Made by a program: the position numbers and the translations under genes
NCBI RefSeq assembly: GCF_009914755.1
Contig: NC_060940.1
Reading direction: 5' to 3' (one strand)
Length of the DNA: 64,000 nucleotides
Origin: the human T2T-CHM13v2.0 reference genome, Homo sapiens
Part shown: positions 26,363-40,382 of the stretch, in pieces
How the letters are laid out: the number at the start of each line of letters is the position of its first letter
How positions within the stretch are numbered: position 1 is the stretch's first letter
The notes under the pieces: model-generated
Seen by the model: the letters and a program-made list of their open reading frames with translations, nothing else
Told to the model about the DNA's origin: nothing
Databases searched by the model: none

Positions 26363-27417
26363 GCCTTTAAAACATCCCAGGGAGTCTGGCCACACAGAGG
26401 GGAACACATTTTTAAAAGCATGGACAGAGCTTGTTCACAGCCTGTAATAAGGTGATGAAACTAGCTAGGTGCTATTGCTTCACTCTCAGAGTTTTAAAAT
26501 AAGATTGGAGCACTTCCCTTGCAGGTGTGGGCAAACACAAGGTCCACCTGCATTGCCTAGCAGGCAATGATTATTCAGAGCACCTGAAAACAGCAGATTT
26601 GCTTAAACCAGTCTTTGGTAAACTAGGGCGCATTTTCTTATGGCTAAAAACAACAATGGTGCCCAGAGAGCCCTTTAACCCGGCTTTGGGTCTTAACCAA
26701 CCTACCCCCTTTAACTTCCCATTCAAACTTCCTATTGCAGACTCGAAGGCCCCCCCCCCCCCCCACCAAGCAGCCATAACCCACGGAATCTCCCTGGACT
26801 AGATGTCCTCTTCCATCACCACCACCACCATGATGCTTAAGCTTTCTGCTAGTCAGCCAGCCACACACGGTGCTGTCCCGACCCGGAACAAGAAACACTC
26901 TTTCCCTCCGTGGATGCTCTCCACGGATATTCTCCTTGGTTGTTTCTACCAACCTAAGCCTGTCTTCTCTTTCAAACGCCTTCCAGAATTGCATCTCCTC
27001 TGAAAGCATTTCAGACTTGCTATTCACGTCACCTAGTCTCCCCTTTCCAGTGTCCACAGCACCTAAAACAGCCAAACACGAGGGTCTTCTTGGGTTGGAA
27101 TCTGTGAATGAGAAGCTGCAGAATCTCAGCTTGGGGGAAGCAAAACTCAAGCTCTACACTGGGGCCAGAGTACCCTGAGGCGCCCCTGCAGGGAACCCCA
27201 AGGACTGCACTCAGAAGAGCTGAGACTAACTAGAACCCACACAAGGGGTTACAGGAGTAACAAAGATGTGTGTCTCCCAAGATCACGTGTTCACAGGCTG
27301 TGAATTCCATCGCATAACACCACATAAAAGCAAGACGCTGGAGGATGGCCCCACCATCATTCCCTAGTCATGCTGTCCTAGCATTTTCTCCCATGGTTTT
27401 ATTTAAGAGCAATGGCT

Positions 27418-27545
27418 TAGATACACTATGTAGATGATATGTATACACTATGTAGATATGTATACACTATGTAGATATGTATACACTATGTAGATGATAT
27501 GTGTACACTATGTAGATGATATGCATACACTATGTAGATACACTG
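27418..27545. repeat. AT-rich minisatellite, 22/19-bp units (ATACACTATGTAGAT(GAT)ATGT) about 6 copies
   Basis: Direct reading. Confidence 0.9.
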
Positions 27546-30500
27546 TGATACTGTGATGCCCAAATCTTCACGTCCAGCCGAGACCTCTCTCCTGAGCCCT
27601 GGACCTGTATTTCTATCCAGTGATGAATATCACATGAACATTCCACCCATGACTGAGCTTGGTCCCTTTCTTCCACCCAGCTCTGTTTCCTGGAGCACTC
27701 ACATCCCTGGATGGCAGAGCCATGGGTACTTATAGCCTAATTAGCTGTACCCTCAGGCATCCCTGACTCCCCAGTCTGAGAAATGACTCTCTTTCTGTAT
27801 TTTGAAGATGTCTGATGAGTTTATGGCTGTTGTAACTTCTCAATGGATTGTTCCTTTTTTTTTAATGTAGTTTCCCTCTTTACCCTAATTATTATTATTT
27901 TTTCTTTTGCTTTCAATTCCATTTTATCTCACAAAAACTATCACTATGCCATGTTCCTTTTGCTTGATTCTTGCTAGAGAATCTTTCCCCTTCTTTCATT
28001 TTCAACTTTGTTATGTCACTTTATGGAAGATTTTCAGATCAAATCTGACTCTTTCACTTCTAAAAAATATCCAGTCCCCAGCATCCCAGTTCAGACCCTC
28101 ATCACTTCTAATGAGGATTACTTCAAGAGCTTTCGAGGGTCTCTGGGGTACCCAACTCCCTCACTCCACTCTAACCTTGAGACAACATCCTGCAAAAGAA
28201 ATCGGAATGTGTCACCTGGCTTTGTTCATGAATCTTTGCTGGGTCTCTGCTTACTGCAAGATGAAGTTCAGACTCCACAGCTTAACAAACAATGTCTTTG
28301 CTAATCTGCTCTGAGCCTGCTTTTCCAGTCCAGCCACCCTGGTGAGCTCCCAAAGTGCCAGGACACACCTTCCCTTGCATGCCCCATCCCTTAGTGCACC
28401 CTGTACCTCTGCACACACAGCTTTCTCTACCCAGAATCCCACCTCCAACTCACCTGTCATCTCCATCACTGCCTGGCAAACCTCTATGATCATTTAGGAC
28501 CACACCAGATTTTCACCTTTGGTGAAGCCTTGCTGTCTTGTCTGCCCTGCAGTGTTAGCCGCCTCCCCTGGGTGCCCAGGGCCCTTGCCTCTGGTATGCA
28601 TTTTTAAGGATTTACACGCCTGTCAATCCTTAATGTTGGGACACATCTCACTTCTCTTTGTATTTTATCCCCAATCCCTGCTGCAAGGTAGGTGCTCAAT
28701 AAATGTTTGCTGAGTCTGGAGGAGTAACAACTTCCAACGTAGCCAAAAGGAGAACTGAAGACAGCACCACCCTCACCCGTACTGACCACCGCCTCCACTC
28801 TATCATCAGGTGGGGCTCATCTCCCGCTCCCTGACCTGCCCTGAAGCACTAAACCTACAGAAGACACACCCCTCACCCTCCCTCCCCACTGAGTCAAACC
28901 GCACTAGTCCTATAAGGCTGCCTCAACACCCCTCTCTTTACAAAGTCTTCCCCAAATCTCCCAGCCCATGACCATGCAGCCCTTGCGTGGACTGGCAGAG
29001 CCCATGCCATCTATGATAGGCACTTTGGCACCCAAAGGCAACCAGGCTGCAGTGGTGTCTATGCACACTACACTCAGTCCGAACACGGAGGAGCCCACGC
29101 GCTGCATGCTTCTCCCAAGACCTTGGTTTCGATATCCTGGCAGATCTTGCCCTTCACACATTCCCCACCGTGGACAGGGTGAGATGCAAACCAGGAAACC
29201 CACTCCAAGAATGCAGAGTCCTCCACACACCTGTGCCAGGTGACTGCTCAAGTACAGCCGTCAGGAGGAAATGCTCAGACACCGGGACTCAACATGAAGG
29301 CAACATCTAGGAAGAGTGTCCTGCAAAAGTCTTCAGTTGTAAGGAGAGGCTGGTCAGTGAGCACGAGCCCTAGAGAGAAGGTCCCCAGCTGAAGGACAGG
29401 GTACCTCTAGGAAGCCAGGCCAAAAGAGTTCTTTGATTTAGAAGTTTAAAAAACCATGTCCTCCCTAGACTCAGTTAAGTACTGGAAGATCTCAAGCCCT
29501 CTGAGTCCAGCCATGCAGGAGTTCTAGGGCTCCATTTGCAAGTGAGTCTGTGGTAGCAGGACCAGCCAGTGGAGGGGCCGCTCTTACACACCCGACTGCC
29601 ACACGAGAAACCTAGATACAGCTTGCTTCAAGAAAGAGCGATTACTAGACAGTTTTCGATCCCTGCTATAATCATTTCTATTTGAGTCATATCTATTTAA
29701 ATCTGGGGTTGGCTTCAAACAAATTTGCCTCAACACACGAAAGCTGCTGTAAGCTTTTGGTACAGCAAAGTACCACTGATTCTGGGTGGCTTCAAAGAGG
29801 TTTTCCTAGAGAGATGAAAACAACTGAGGTGTGCTGGAAACAACTGTCAATCTGAAAACCATTCCAGGTCAAACAGCAACTGGTTTTCAAAAGACTTGGA
29901 CCTTTCTAGCAACTTGACACCCACAGTGTTTTTCGGTAAGATAGCTGAATTCACCCACGCTGGAAACAATGGCCAACGCAAATGGGAAATCTTGCCCAGT
30001 GCTTCAAGCTGTATCCCCCGGGCATCTGTGAGTCCTAAAAAAGGGCACAGATTCATTTTGTGTCCAATCATTCAGGTAGAAACAGATCACACAGGAAAGA
30101 AAGTCTAGACCAGTAAATACATGTCTTGGGCCATCTTCTCCCTTTGAAGATTGAAGATTAAGATGACTGAAATAAAGTGGATGACATACTTTGCTTTGTA
30201 CCAATCGGCCGTGGACAACAGGATGTAGCTTGCCTGACATCATGCATCACACATGCATCTATGAACACAGCGCAGCCAAACACAGATCACCTTCCAGCCA
30301 GGCCTGAACATTCAAATGAAATCTACCTGTCATTACCAGACACCCAGAGCATGGCCCACAGACCCCCTTCCCTTCTTTCTCCCACTGTCTTCACTCGAAT
30401 AGATACTTGGACATGATCTTATTGTGACAAATAAATTCAAGAATTTTTTTTTTTTTTTAAATAGAGGAAAAAGTGGGAATCATCCTTCCCTCCCTCCCCT

Positions 30501-30960
30501 CCCATTCTAGTTCTCTAGGAAATCACCAGTTTGAGGAGTCTGGCCTGGTCCTTTCAAACCCTTATCTGTGCATTATCATGCATAGAAATGTAATACAGAA
30601 ATACACCATTGACTTTAAACTTTACATAAATGTGATTATATGATGGGTATCATCCTATAACTTGCTTCCTTTTCTTAACAGTGGACTTAACCCTGTGAAC
30701 ACACAGACGTCTTCCTTTTCTTGTTGAATTGCTGCCGAGTATTCCTTAATATGGATGAACCAGCACTGACCACTCCCCTTCTGCTGAATATGTGGGTTGG
30801 CTCCAATTTGTTGCCATTACAAACAGCGCTGCCATGAATGGCTGCACACTTGAACATCTGTACACATCTGTGTGTATGAGATGTGTGGCTTTGGGGGTTT
30901 ATCCTCCTTGTGCCTGGAGAAGGGCAACCTATAGCTTCTGTGACTTGCAGGTTCTGGACA

Positions 30961-31092
30961 GGAAAGGCCCTGGGGTCCTGAGAGCTGAGGCCTGCTGTGG
31001 TCACCTGGGGAAAGGCCCTGGGGTCCTGAGAGCTGAGGCCTGCTGTGGTCACCCCCTGGGGTCCTGAGAGCTGAGGCCTGCTGTGGTCACCT
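30961..31092. repeat. Three-copy tandem repeat with core CTGGGGTCCTGAGAGCTGAGGCCTGCTGTGGTCACC
   Basis: Direct reading; peptide repeat visible in ORF 30687..31127. Confidence 0.9.
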
Positions 31093-31684
31093 AGGGAAAA
31101 GGTAGGGCTGGAGGTGATGGCCTGCATGTCAGCCTCAATGGCTGCTGGAGGAGGGCCACAGGCAATGAGGCTCTCCCTTTACAACCAGAACACAAGTCCC
31201 TGTGCCCTGAATGTCCTCTTAGCTTTTCCTAATGAGGATAAGCTCCATGAAGTCTGTGACAGCGTTTCCACAAGCTGTGTGCCAACCCTGGCATGGGGCT
31301 TGACCATGGCAAATCCTCCTTTAATTGACTGTCACTGTCTGTGTCTTGGATGCATGGTCCTCTTTGTAGAGCCAAGCTTTTAATGACAAGCAAAGGTAGC
31401 TCTCTAGATTTCAATCAGAAAGTCACAGGAGCTGCACAGGGGATTACTGGTTGTAACAACTTAGGAAAAGATCATTCTGAACCAGAGGCCACAGCAGCTC
31501 TGTAGAACAGGACATCCACAGGCACCGCTGCTTACTAAGGAAGTGAGGAACTACACAGACTGCCCATATAAGCGAGGCTGCATTGCACTAACCGATCCTC
31601 TGGCTTCACAAATTGCTCATGATAAAGAAATCACTCTTGACCCACTCTACTTTCACATCCTAATGAGCCACAAGGGGCCAAAGA

Positions 31685-31768
31685 CGTGATGAGACATGAT
31701 TTCTCACTTTGGAACGGGGCTAAATGCGTGATAAGACATGATTTCTCACTTTGGAACGGGGCTAAATG
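31685..31768. repeat. 42-bp tandem duplication (1 mismatch)
   Basis: CGTGAT(G/A)AGACATGATTTCTCACTTTGGAACGGGGCTAAATG x2. Confidence 0.92.
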
Positions 31769-34700
31769 GTGCAAATCTCGCCTTTCATCAGCAGACATCT
31801 GCAGAGGGGCCCCTGCGTGCTGGATCCAAGCCGAGTGCTGCAAGGACCAGAGAAACCCCAGCACGGCAGCTGCCTGTGTGGGCTCCCAGGCCAGCTCAGG
31901 AGCCCGATGTGGGCCATGAACACTTACGTCATAAAGCACAGGTTAAATGGATGCTTAATATCCTACAGAAGCAGGGACAGTGCACACGTGTCTCATGGCC
32001 CAACTGAGAGTACAAACTGAAGACACTACAGAAAAGGGGCCGAAGTCCTGAGCTCGGAGGACCCTGACGGTGTCCCTCTCAGAGGAAGGAGAGCTGGGGC
32101 TGAGCTCGGAGGGAGGGGAGAATTCATGTGAGCAGGAGAGGGTGGGAAGAGAGGAAAGAGAATACACACATGCCTTCTTCAACTTTAAACACCCTTTATC
32201 ATCTTGCTTCTGGCTTGCTTTACATTTGGGAAGCCAACAAAACTTTTGTTCAAGAGAAATGGGGTGGATCAGCAAGAGGAACACGTGGCAGGAAACCAGG
32301 GTCCCTCCAGGAGACCTCGGCCTCAGGCCCACGTGGCCGCTGGGCACTGACCCGGGGAAAAAGGATGGGGCCGTCCAAGCAGACTGGGCGTCTCACCTTG
32401 GTGAGTTTCCTCATCAATAAGCAGGTAAATAAAGACAGAAGTACAGGCACACAGTTAACAACCAGAGGAAGAAGCCAACTACAAACAAAACTAACACAAG
32501 TAAAGTCTTGGCATCAACACTTCAAAAAATGTCTTCAATGTTAAAAGAAATATAAACAGAATCACCAAGAATAAATGTCTGCATATGAAAACATCCCATT
32601 CTTTTAAAAACACCATAAATGGTTCACACTGAAAACAGAAAATATCCAAGCTGAACTCTAGCTCATAAAATCTACCTGGTATATACATACAATACCCTGG
32701 TCTTCATAAATGAGTATAAATCATTTTTTCTCTACTTGATCCTACACTGTCATCTTACAGTATGTGTCATTTTTAAAAAGGTAAGGTTCTTCATGTTAGA
32801 AGCTTAGTGAAGGCATGAGAATACTTCTTAAAACTTTTTTTTTGTTAATAGTGAGAAATAGTTTTGTTTCCTGCAGGTGCTCTGCTTAAATACACAAAAT
32901 GAAAAATGAAACACCGAAATTTTTACATTAGAAAGAGTTCTGTTTCTTTTTTTCAGGGGAAGGGAGAAACCTTTCATTGCTCAATATTAGTTTCTCAGCA
33001 ACTACAAACAATATCAGGTTTCTGATTTGAAAAATCACTGTCTTTGCAATAGGCGTTTTCACCAGCCCTCAAACCTGGAGCCATCAGTAGACGCTGAAGA
33101 CACCGCTCCCACCCGTCCCCACAAATAAGGAAACACTTTTCAGCACACAGGGGCAACTCCCTGACAAAGTCCTGAGCACAGAAACAGGCGAAGGAGGATT
33201 TTGCTTTTTCCTCTTAAACAGGTCTGGGCTTACTTTCTATTGAAATTAATACATGCGGCAATGATTTTCCGCCATTTTACTAGCATCATGTGCTCCGAAG
33301 TTTTGATACCAAAAGTGTAGTCCTGAAGGGCTATGGCTGGCAGGAAGACCCTTGCCTCTGTAGTGAGAAGGCCTTGGTTCCAGCCCTGGCCCTGCCACTT
33401 GCTGACAGATGATGTGAGAACCAGCCTGGTTAAGCCATAGAGGCACTAAATAACACCATCCACCTTGCTGGACTCAGAGTTCTCAGAGGAAGTCATGTCC
33501 TGGCATTCTCCACCAGCTGGAATGCCAGGGATCACATTTTCTGAATTCTTAGGCATCGCCAAAGGCCCAGTCAAATGTCTCCAGATTCAACGGCAGAAGA
33601 AGGATCTCATTCTCTGGGCTTCCACAGGCTCTGTTCCTATGGGATTTGCCACCTGCTCCAAGCCACAGCTCTTCTCTCACTGTCACCAATATTTATAAAG
33701 CAGCTACAACGCGTATCTTGTGCATACACCAAAGGCTCTGCCAGGGAAGATCTTGGGATGAACTCACTTCTGTTACCCACAGTACCTGTCCCAAGACCTG
33801 GAACATAGGAGGAGCTCAAGAAATGAATAAATCAGTAACCCTTTGTCTTCAAAGGGAAGAACTATCTGGAAAGGGACGGGATGTGTGAAGAGGGTATTTG
33901 CAGCAAATAACAGCAAAAATCTTGCTAATTAAAAGGAAAGAAGAGCAAAGCTCTGTGCTGGTGATGGCATGGCAGGGAAAGGCACTTTCATACATTGCTA
34001 GTACAAGCACAAATAGCACAACCTTTTTCAAAGGTGATCTGGTAAGATCTACCGATACCACTAAGGATATCAGAAACATCAGTCGTGCTAGGAGAGAACA
34101 GAGGCAGTGGGGCATGCTGGGAAAATCCCCAGTCTGGGAGAGGAGTCCCGGCTTCCCATCAAGCTACCCAGACAGCCATGGGAATCCCAGGCAAGTCCTT
34201 TCCTGTCTCCCAACGCCCAGGTTTTTGTCCACCCAATGATAGAGTTAGGCTTGCTGATCTCTAGACCCTGTTTAGCTGGGATTTCTGTCTCCGACAGAGA
34301 GCAGTGGGGCATAGAAACGGGTCAGAGCTCCTCAGAATCTCAGATGTGAATTTAGGGCTTACTAGAGAGCTTGAAGGTCCCCAGGTTTCTATTACGTTTC
34401 TAAGATCTTCATTCTGGAAGGTCTACTCCTTAGCTACTCTTCTGAAGAGGTAGTAATTGGAGACATAGGCCTTTTTCCCTTGGCTGACCACCTCACCCAT
34501 CATGGTCCAGTGGATAAACACATCTTCTCTCATCCACCCAAGACGCATCAGAGACCACCCAGCCACTCCCTGACCAGAGGCAAGGCACAGCCACTCTGAA
34601 GGCCTGATAACAGTATCTTCTATTTTCTTTTTCCAGCCAGGCTGCTAGGAAGAGTACAAGATGCTATGAATGCTATTTTGGGAAACCCCAACCCCCAACA

Positions 34701-37629
34701 AATTACCCAAATAATGGGGTCCAATCTAATCCAACCAAAAGCAACCAAGTCAAAAGTTCCTTAGTTCCTTCCTAAGTAAAAATGGGAGCCTCCTTACTTA
34801 CCTCCCCTGGATTTCACAGGACATGTTCCATGGGGGTCTCAGTAGGAGGCACATCACATAAGCAAGCACATACAATGTCACCCGGCTCACAAAGGCTGAT
34901 ACATGTCTGCACAATAGGGCTCTCAAGCCTTTATTCCGACAACACAACTGTGAACCTTCCAGAGGGGAATAAAGTGTGCTAAGTTTTCTAAACTTGCATG
35001 GCCACATCCAACAATATGAATACCCTCTCTCACTTAGTCTCCATCACAATAAAGGCAGAACTAGAGTTTCCAAAAGCCCTTTGTAACTGATGCTAAGTAA
35101 CCCAGAGCTTTAAACTCATTGAGATGTTTGTTGGAAATGACCCAAAGAAGTATCCACAGTGTAGTGCCCAATACGTCGCTTCACAGCAGCAGGGCTCGCA
35201 GGACACCTGCATGGATGTAGCAGGACTAAAACCCTTCCATTTTAGACAGTAGCTACCTTCCCACTTCCTACCAAGCCCCAGCCTGGGGCTGCCCAGAGAA
35301 GCCAACGGCCATTCAATAAATACGTATGGTTTTGAAGATCTCGGGAAATAAAGGAGGCCCAGCTCTCTCCTCTCCCACCATTTATCACCCTCACTTAGGG
35401 GCTCTCACCAGCCGGGGGTCAGCTCACTGCATTTGCTTGACCTCGCACAGTCTCCCCGCTCACCTTCATTCCCTGCCCCATTTCTCTCCCGGGATCAGGG
35501 CTGGCAAAACAAGGAGCTGCTGAAGCACCAAACCCGTCCGCTAATTCCCCACCGACTCCAAACACATCATTTCCCTGACTCATCTCAGGCTGCGTGAGGA
35601 CACAGCTTATGGATCTGGATTTGAAACTCAAGACAGAAGACTGCCTTTGTGCCCCAGGCAGACAGCTAAACAAAGATTTGGAACTTCTGAGACTATAACT
35701 TAATGTGGGCACCACCAATTCAAATAACTTTTGGCCCCTCACTTTTCCCCACTGTGCAATCAGAGGCTATTGTTTTAATTTTTAAAATAAGAATATATCA
35801 TGAATTACTTGTGAAATTAAAGATTGATAAAATGCTAAGAGGGGCAATACTAATACATTATGCTACAAAACAGTGGCATAACAATAAATATAAAATCACA
35901 TGGAAGTACTTATTATGAAGCTAAGATAATAATAGCACCCGGAGACTACAATAGGGTGTCTCCAAGTAAAAGCTGTCCCAGTGAAGAAAAGGGGTAGCAC
36001 TTCTCTCTCTCTTTTTTTAAAGGCAGAATTTGTCCTTACAGACTGAGCTACACAGGGAATAAAAAGAATGTGTAGTGTGTTGTGTCGGGAACACAGTTTG
36101 CCCACAGCTGTGAGGTTTTACACAATCAGCGGGCTCTTTATACCTGGGTTACAAACCCACCTGCTTTACTCGCTAGCCTGTGGTTTCCCAAGTGATAAGG
36201 GCTGGAGCTCTTTGATTTCTAACCCTGGCAGATCTCCTATCTACACAGAAGTTACAATGTGAGCAGATTTAAGGGTCATGTGCACACATGACAGTGTGTT
36301 CCATTTAATGGAGTATGAAGCAGGGAGGCAGGCCTGGGGCTGAGGGTGGAGAGGGCATCTCTGCAATTTATTAAAATAAAGGAAACCTCAAGCCTCATCT
36401 TGTGATTTAAGAGGAAGTCAATCATGACCAGTTTGCAGTTTAACTTAGCATCTTGGCCATAGCTTGGCTGTATTTTAAATACAAACTATTGTTGACAGAT
36501 TAAAAAATGGAGTGGTTATTTTCAAAGGAACTGTTAGGCTCCAAAAAAATGTTTTGTTGTTGTTGTTATTTCCAATAAAATCATGCTGGAACACAAATTA
36601 CAGCACCTTAGCAAAAAAAAAAAAAAAAATTATGAGCTAAACAATACAAGGAAGTAGGAGCTCGGAGATCTGGAGAAATTAATTGAGGTTTGTTCACCAC
36701 CTATGATTCTCTGGTACTACAATGTTTAGTAGAATCATTTATTATTCTACATTCTCATCAATTTTAGCTTACTTTATACTAACTAAAATCTGGCAGCCCT
36801 AATGGCTAAAGAAAATAGATACATTTGAAATAAAAAACATTACCTACTCTTGCCTAATATAAATTTAAATGAAAACAGCCTGAACCAGGATTCTTTCTTT
36901 CAGAACAAGCCACCCCTCCCTTTCCAACACCCCACCCTAAAATAGAAAAACACATACACATCACAACCACACAGCATTATTTTCTAAAAGGAGGTAACTC
37001 GGGCTCTGTCAAGGCTAATAAACATAAATAGATTTTACCTCTAGCCAACAGCTCAAACCGTCCATTAGGGTAAATTTAAAGATGTTTTTGGAATCAGTGC
37101 ACAAGCAGACACACCCTGTTTACCCCGAAAACCTAAAACACAACAGCTTCTACACCGAGAGTCTCCACATTAGAGCGGCCCTGGGAACCCTCCAGGACGA
37201 TTCACCTTCTGTTTTCTGTGACCCCTGAATGCCAGTGGTAGCTATTTGAGTTTAAATGGGACAAAATCAGGAAATGAGCAGGCTGAAGTTTTTTGGATTT
37301 TAAAACCAGAGATAATTCTGAAAGGAATGAAAATGGGGTTTAAATGTCCTTAAGGTCCAGAGGGAAATACAGCCTCAGCTTATTCCTAGGCATTTAGCCA
37401 CGAAAGCCAAAGTGGCAATGCAGCAGGAGTGTGATCAGAAAAAGCACACACCCTCGCGCCACGCTACAGACAGCGTGTTAACATCAACACGGCCTGAACA
37501 CAATGGGAATGCCGCCAGAGATCACAGGAGTACGTTCGCATTGGAGAGAACCTGGTTGCCTTAACGTCGTAGGTACTCCCACGGAATACAAATGAGGACA
37601 CCCACACACGCCCCACGGTGCTCTCTTAC

Positions 37630-37712
37630 CTCCAACATAGGCCTGGCACTATCGTGGACAGACAGAATATGTGTCACCTTGTTCTTGCTCAATTGTTCCG
37701 CGTCTCTGGCAT
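37630..37712 (-). CDS. DUSP22: DUSP22 exon 3 (D-ARDAEQLSKNKVTHILSVHDSARPMLE), 83 nt
   Basis: Acceptor CTGACAG|AT and donor GAG|GTAAG; peptide visible in ORF 37561..37755. Confidence 0.97.
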
Positions 37713-37836
37713 CTGTCAGAGAAGAAAGGGGATGGACATTTTGATATCTTTGCAAGTTAATTACTCCTAAAGTCTAGCCAGAAAAAAAAAAAAACCCACA
37801 AAATGACTTGCATATTTCTTTCCTGAAACTTCATAA

Positions 37837-38194
<358 letters not shown>

Positions 38195-38237
38195 TTGCCT
38201 AACTTTATTTCTGATTGTCTCATCTTTTGACCCAGAG

Positions 38238-38671
38238 TGAGAAAGAAAAAAACTTTCTATGAGGAAGAAGAGTCCCTTTAAATGATCAGGTGCAGAAAGG
38301 CCTCTGTAATATAACAGCAGTCTCCTCTCCCTCCCCCTTGAGCTAAATGGTTACCTTGAAGCCATCTGCTATGTGGTCCCTAGACTGATGCCAAGTAGAC
38401 ATAAAATGCCATACATCATAGTTCAATATCGTATAGCCAGGCACTAACCAATGTTATTTCTATAAACCAATGAGAATTCCTGCTGAACAATTTTTTGTAA
38501 TTGCCACTCTCCTGATTCGTCTTTTTTTCTTTAAAAACTTGAGCCCCTATTTTACTCTCCGGGGCACTCCCCAAGGCAACCTGAAAGTGTGTTTCAGGCT
38601 ACAGTCCTCAAGCTTGGCCCAAATAAACCCTCTGTATTAATTTTGCCTCAGCTTCTTCCTTTTAGGCAACA
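38238..38671 (+). mobile_element. Solo ERV1-class LTR (MER34/MER39-like)
   Basis: TG...CA termini, AATAAA near the 3' end, terminal TTTTGCCTCAGCTTCTTCCTTTTAGG..ACA, near 4-bp duplication AGAG/AAAG. Subfamily is tentative. Confidence 0.65.
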
Positions 38672-39332
38672 AAAGTGTTAATCTAGAAATTGAAATGCAC
38701 TTAGATTAATAAACATTGTAATCATGATGGATTACATGGATTACATCATCAAGAAGGTAAATTTACGAGACCATTTTGTAGTTAGCATTTGTAAGAGATG
38801 ACCTTAGGTCAGTCTTTCTGCATGAGACACATAATATTAGGGATATTTAAAATATTTTTTTAATTCAATGGCCTCTTAATGATGAGAATTCTTAAAAAGC
38901 TAAATACAAAACCATTAACTCTAGAAGACAAAGGAAACTGCCCATTACTTCTTTCCCCAGACGTCAAAAGCAGGGACAGTTCTGGATTCAGACAGGACTG
39001 TGGTTTACATCATCTATATTCACTTTAAAGCACAATTAAAAAATGAAACTTTTTCTGGAAATTCCAAACAGAACTGTCTATCAGCTATCAGTTGGCTATT
39101 AAATTATCTCCATATGAAACTAAGAAGATAACAAAATTATATTCCCTTCCAATGTCCCTACCTGCAAAAAGAAGACCAAATGGTGTGATCCCCTGAAGTG
39201 GAACCCTTCTACTAATCTACAAAACAGGGGGCCAGCAGGAAATGAGGAGGTCCACTTCCCTACACCCCCATCCCAGCCTGGCTGAACTTTCCTAAATGAT
39301 ACAGGAGAAATGGATCAGAAGGCAAATGTTTA

Positions 39333-39655
<323 letters not shown>

Positions 39656-39869
39656 AAGGCAAATGTTTAATTATCATGGTTCTGGAGACTATTTCATGGC
39701 ATGGGAAAATGCTCAGGGTATAATGTAAAGCAGGTACCAAACCATAAATATGACACAAACCCAACGTATAAAAATGCAGAGACAAACACATGGCAGGGAG
39801 GATGGCGGGACTGGTACAAAGACAGCCCCAGCTCAGAGACGGAATTACAAGGGTTTTCTTCCTTCTTTA

Positions 39870-39871
<2 letters not shown>

Positions 39872-39900
<29 letters not shown>
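39872..39900. repeat. (GT)n microsatellite
   Basis: Direct reading. Confidence 0.95.
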
Positions 39901-39902
<2 letters not shown>

Positions 39903-40170
39903 CTACATGAGTGGCTCTGAAGTTTAACACCCTAGGAACTGCCAAGAGGCTAGTTAGAAAGATCTACCCTGGGGCTGAGGAATCTCCATCTCTAACAAGC
40001 CTTGATGATGAAGCAGAAGTCAAGAAACATTGTTCTAAACATTCAGCAACGTCAGGAAAAAAAATTTAGGTGATATTAAAATACCACTTTTAAGACTCTT
40101 TTCATTGCTCCAACCTCTCAGGCTTCAAATTCCAGGCTATTGCTTTCCCAGATTCAAATTTTCGAGCTTC

Positions 40171-40382
40171 AAATTTAGGGCTATTGTTTTCAAGTATTTT
40201 GCCTAAGTTTATTTCTGACTGGCTCATCTTTTGACCCAAAGTGAGAAAGAAAAAACCTTTTTATACGAGGAACATGAGCCCTTTAAGTTATCAGGCTCAG
40301 AAAGGCGTCTATAATATAATAGCAGTGTCCTCTCACTCCCCCTTGAGCTAAATAAATAGTTACCTCAAAGCCACCTGCTATG
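40171..40382 (+). repeat. Diverged direct copy of 37854-38373 without the AluY (unique flank plus LTR 5' part)
   Basis: Shared TTAGGGCTA..TTTTGCCTAA.TTTATTTCTGA..CTCATCTTTTGACCCA.AGTGAGAAAGAAAAAA...CCCCCTTGAGCTAAAT...TGCTATG. Confidence 0.85.

Noticed and set aside
26527-26802. Plus-strand ORF containing VHLHCLAG, echoing the DUSP active-site HCLAG
   Set aside because: The CX5R arginine is missing (CLAGNDY), there is no further similarity, and it is antisense to the gene; a chance match.
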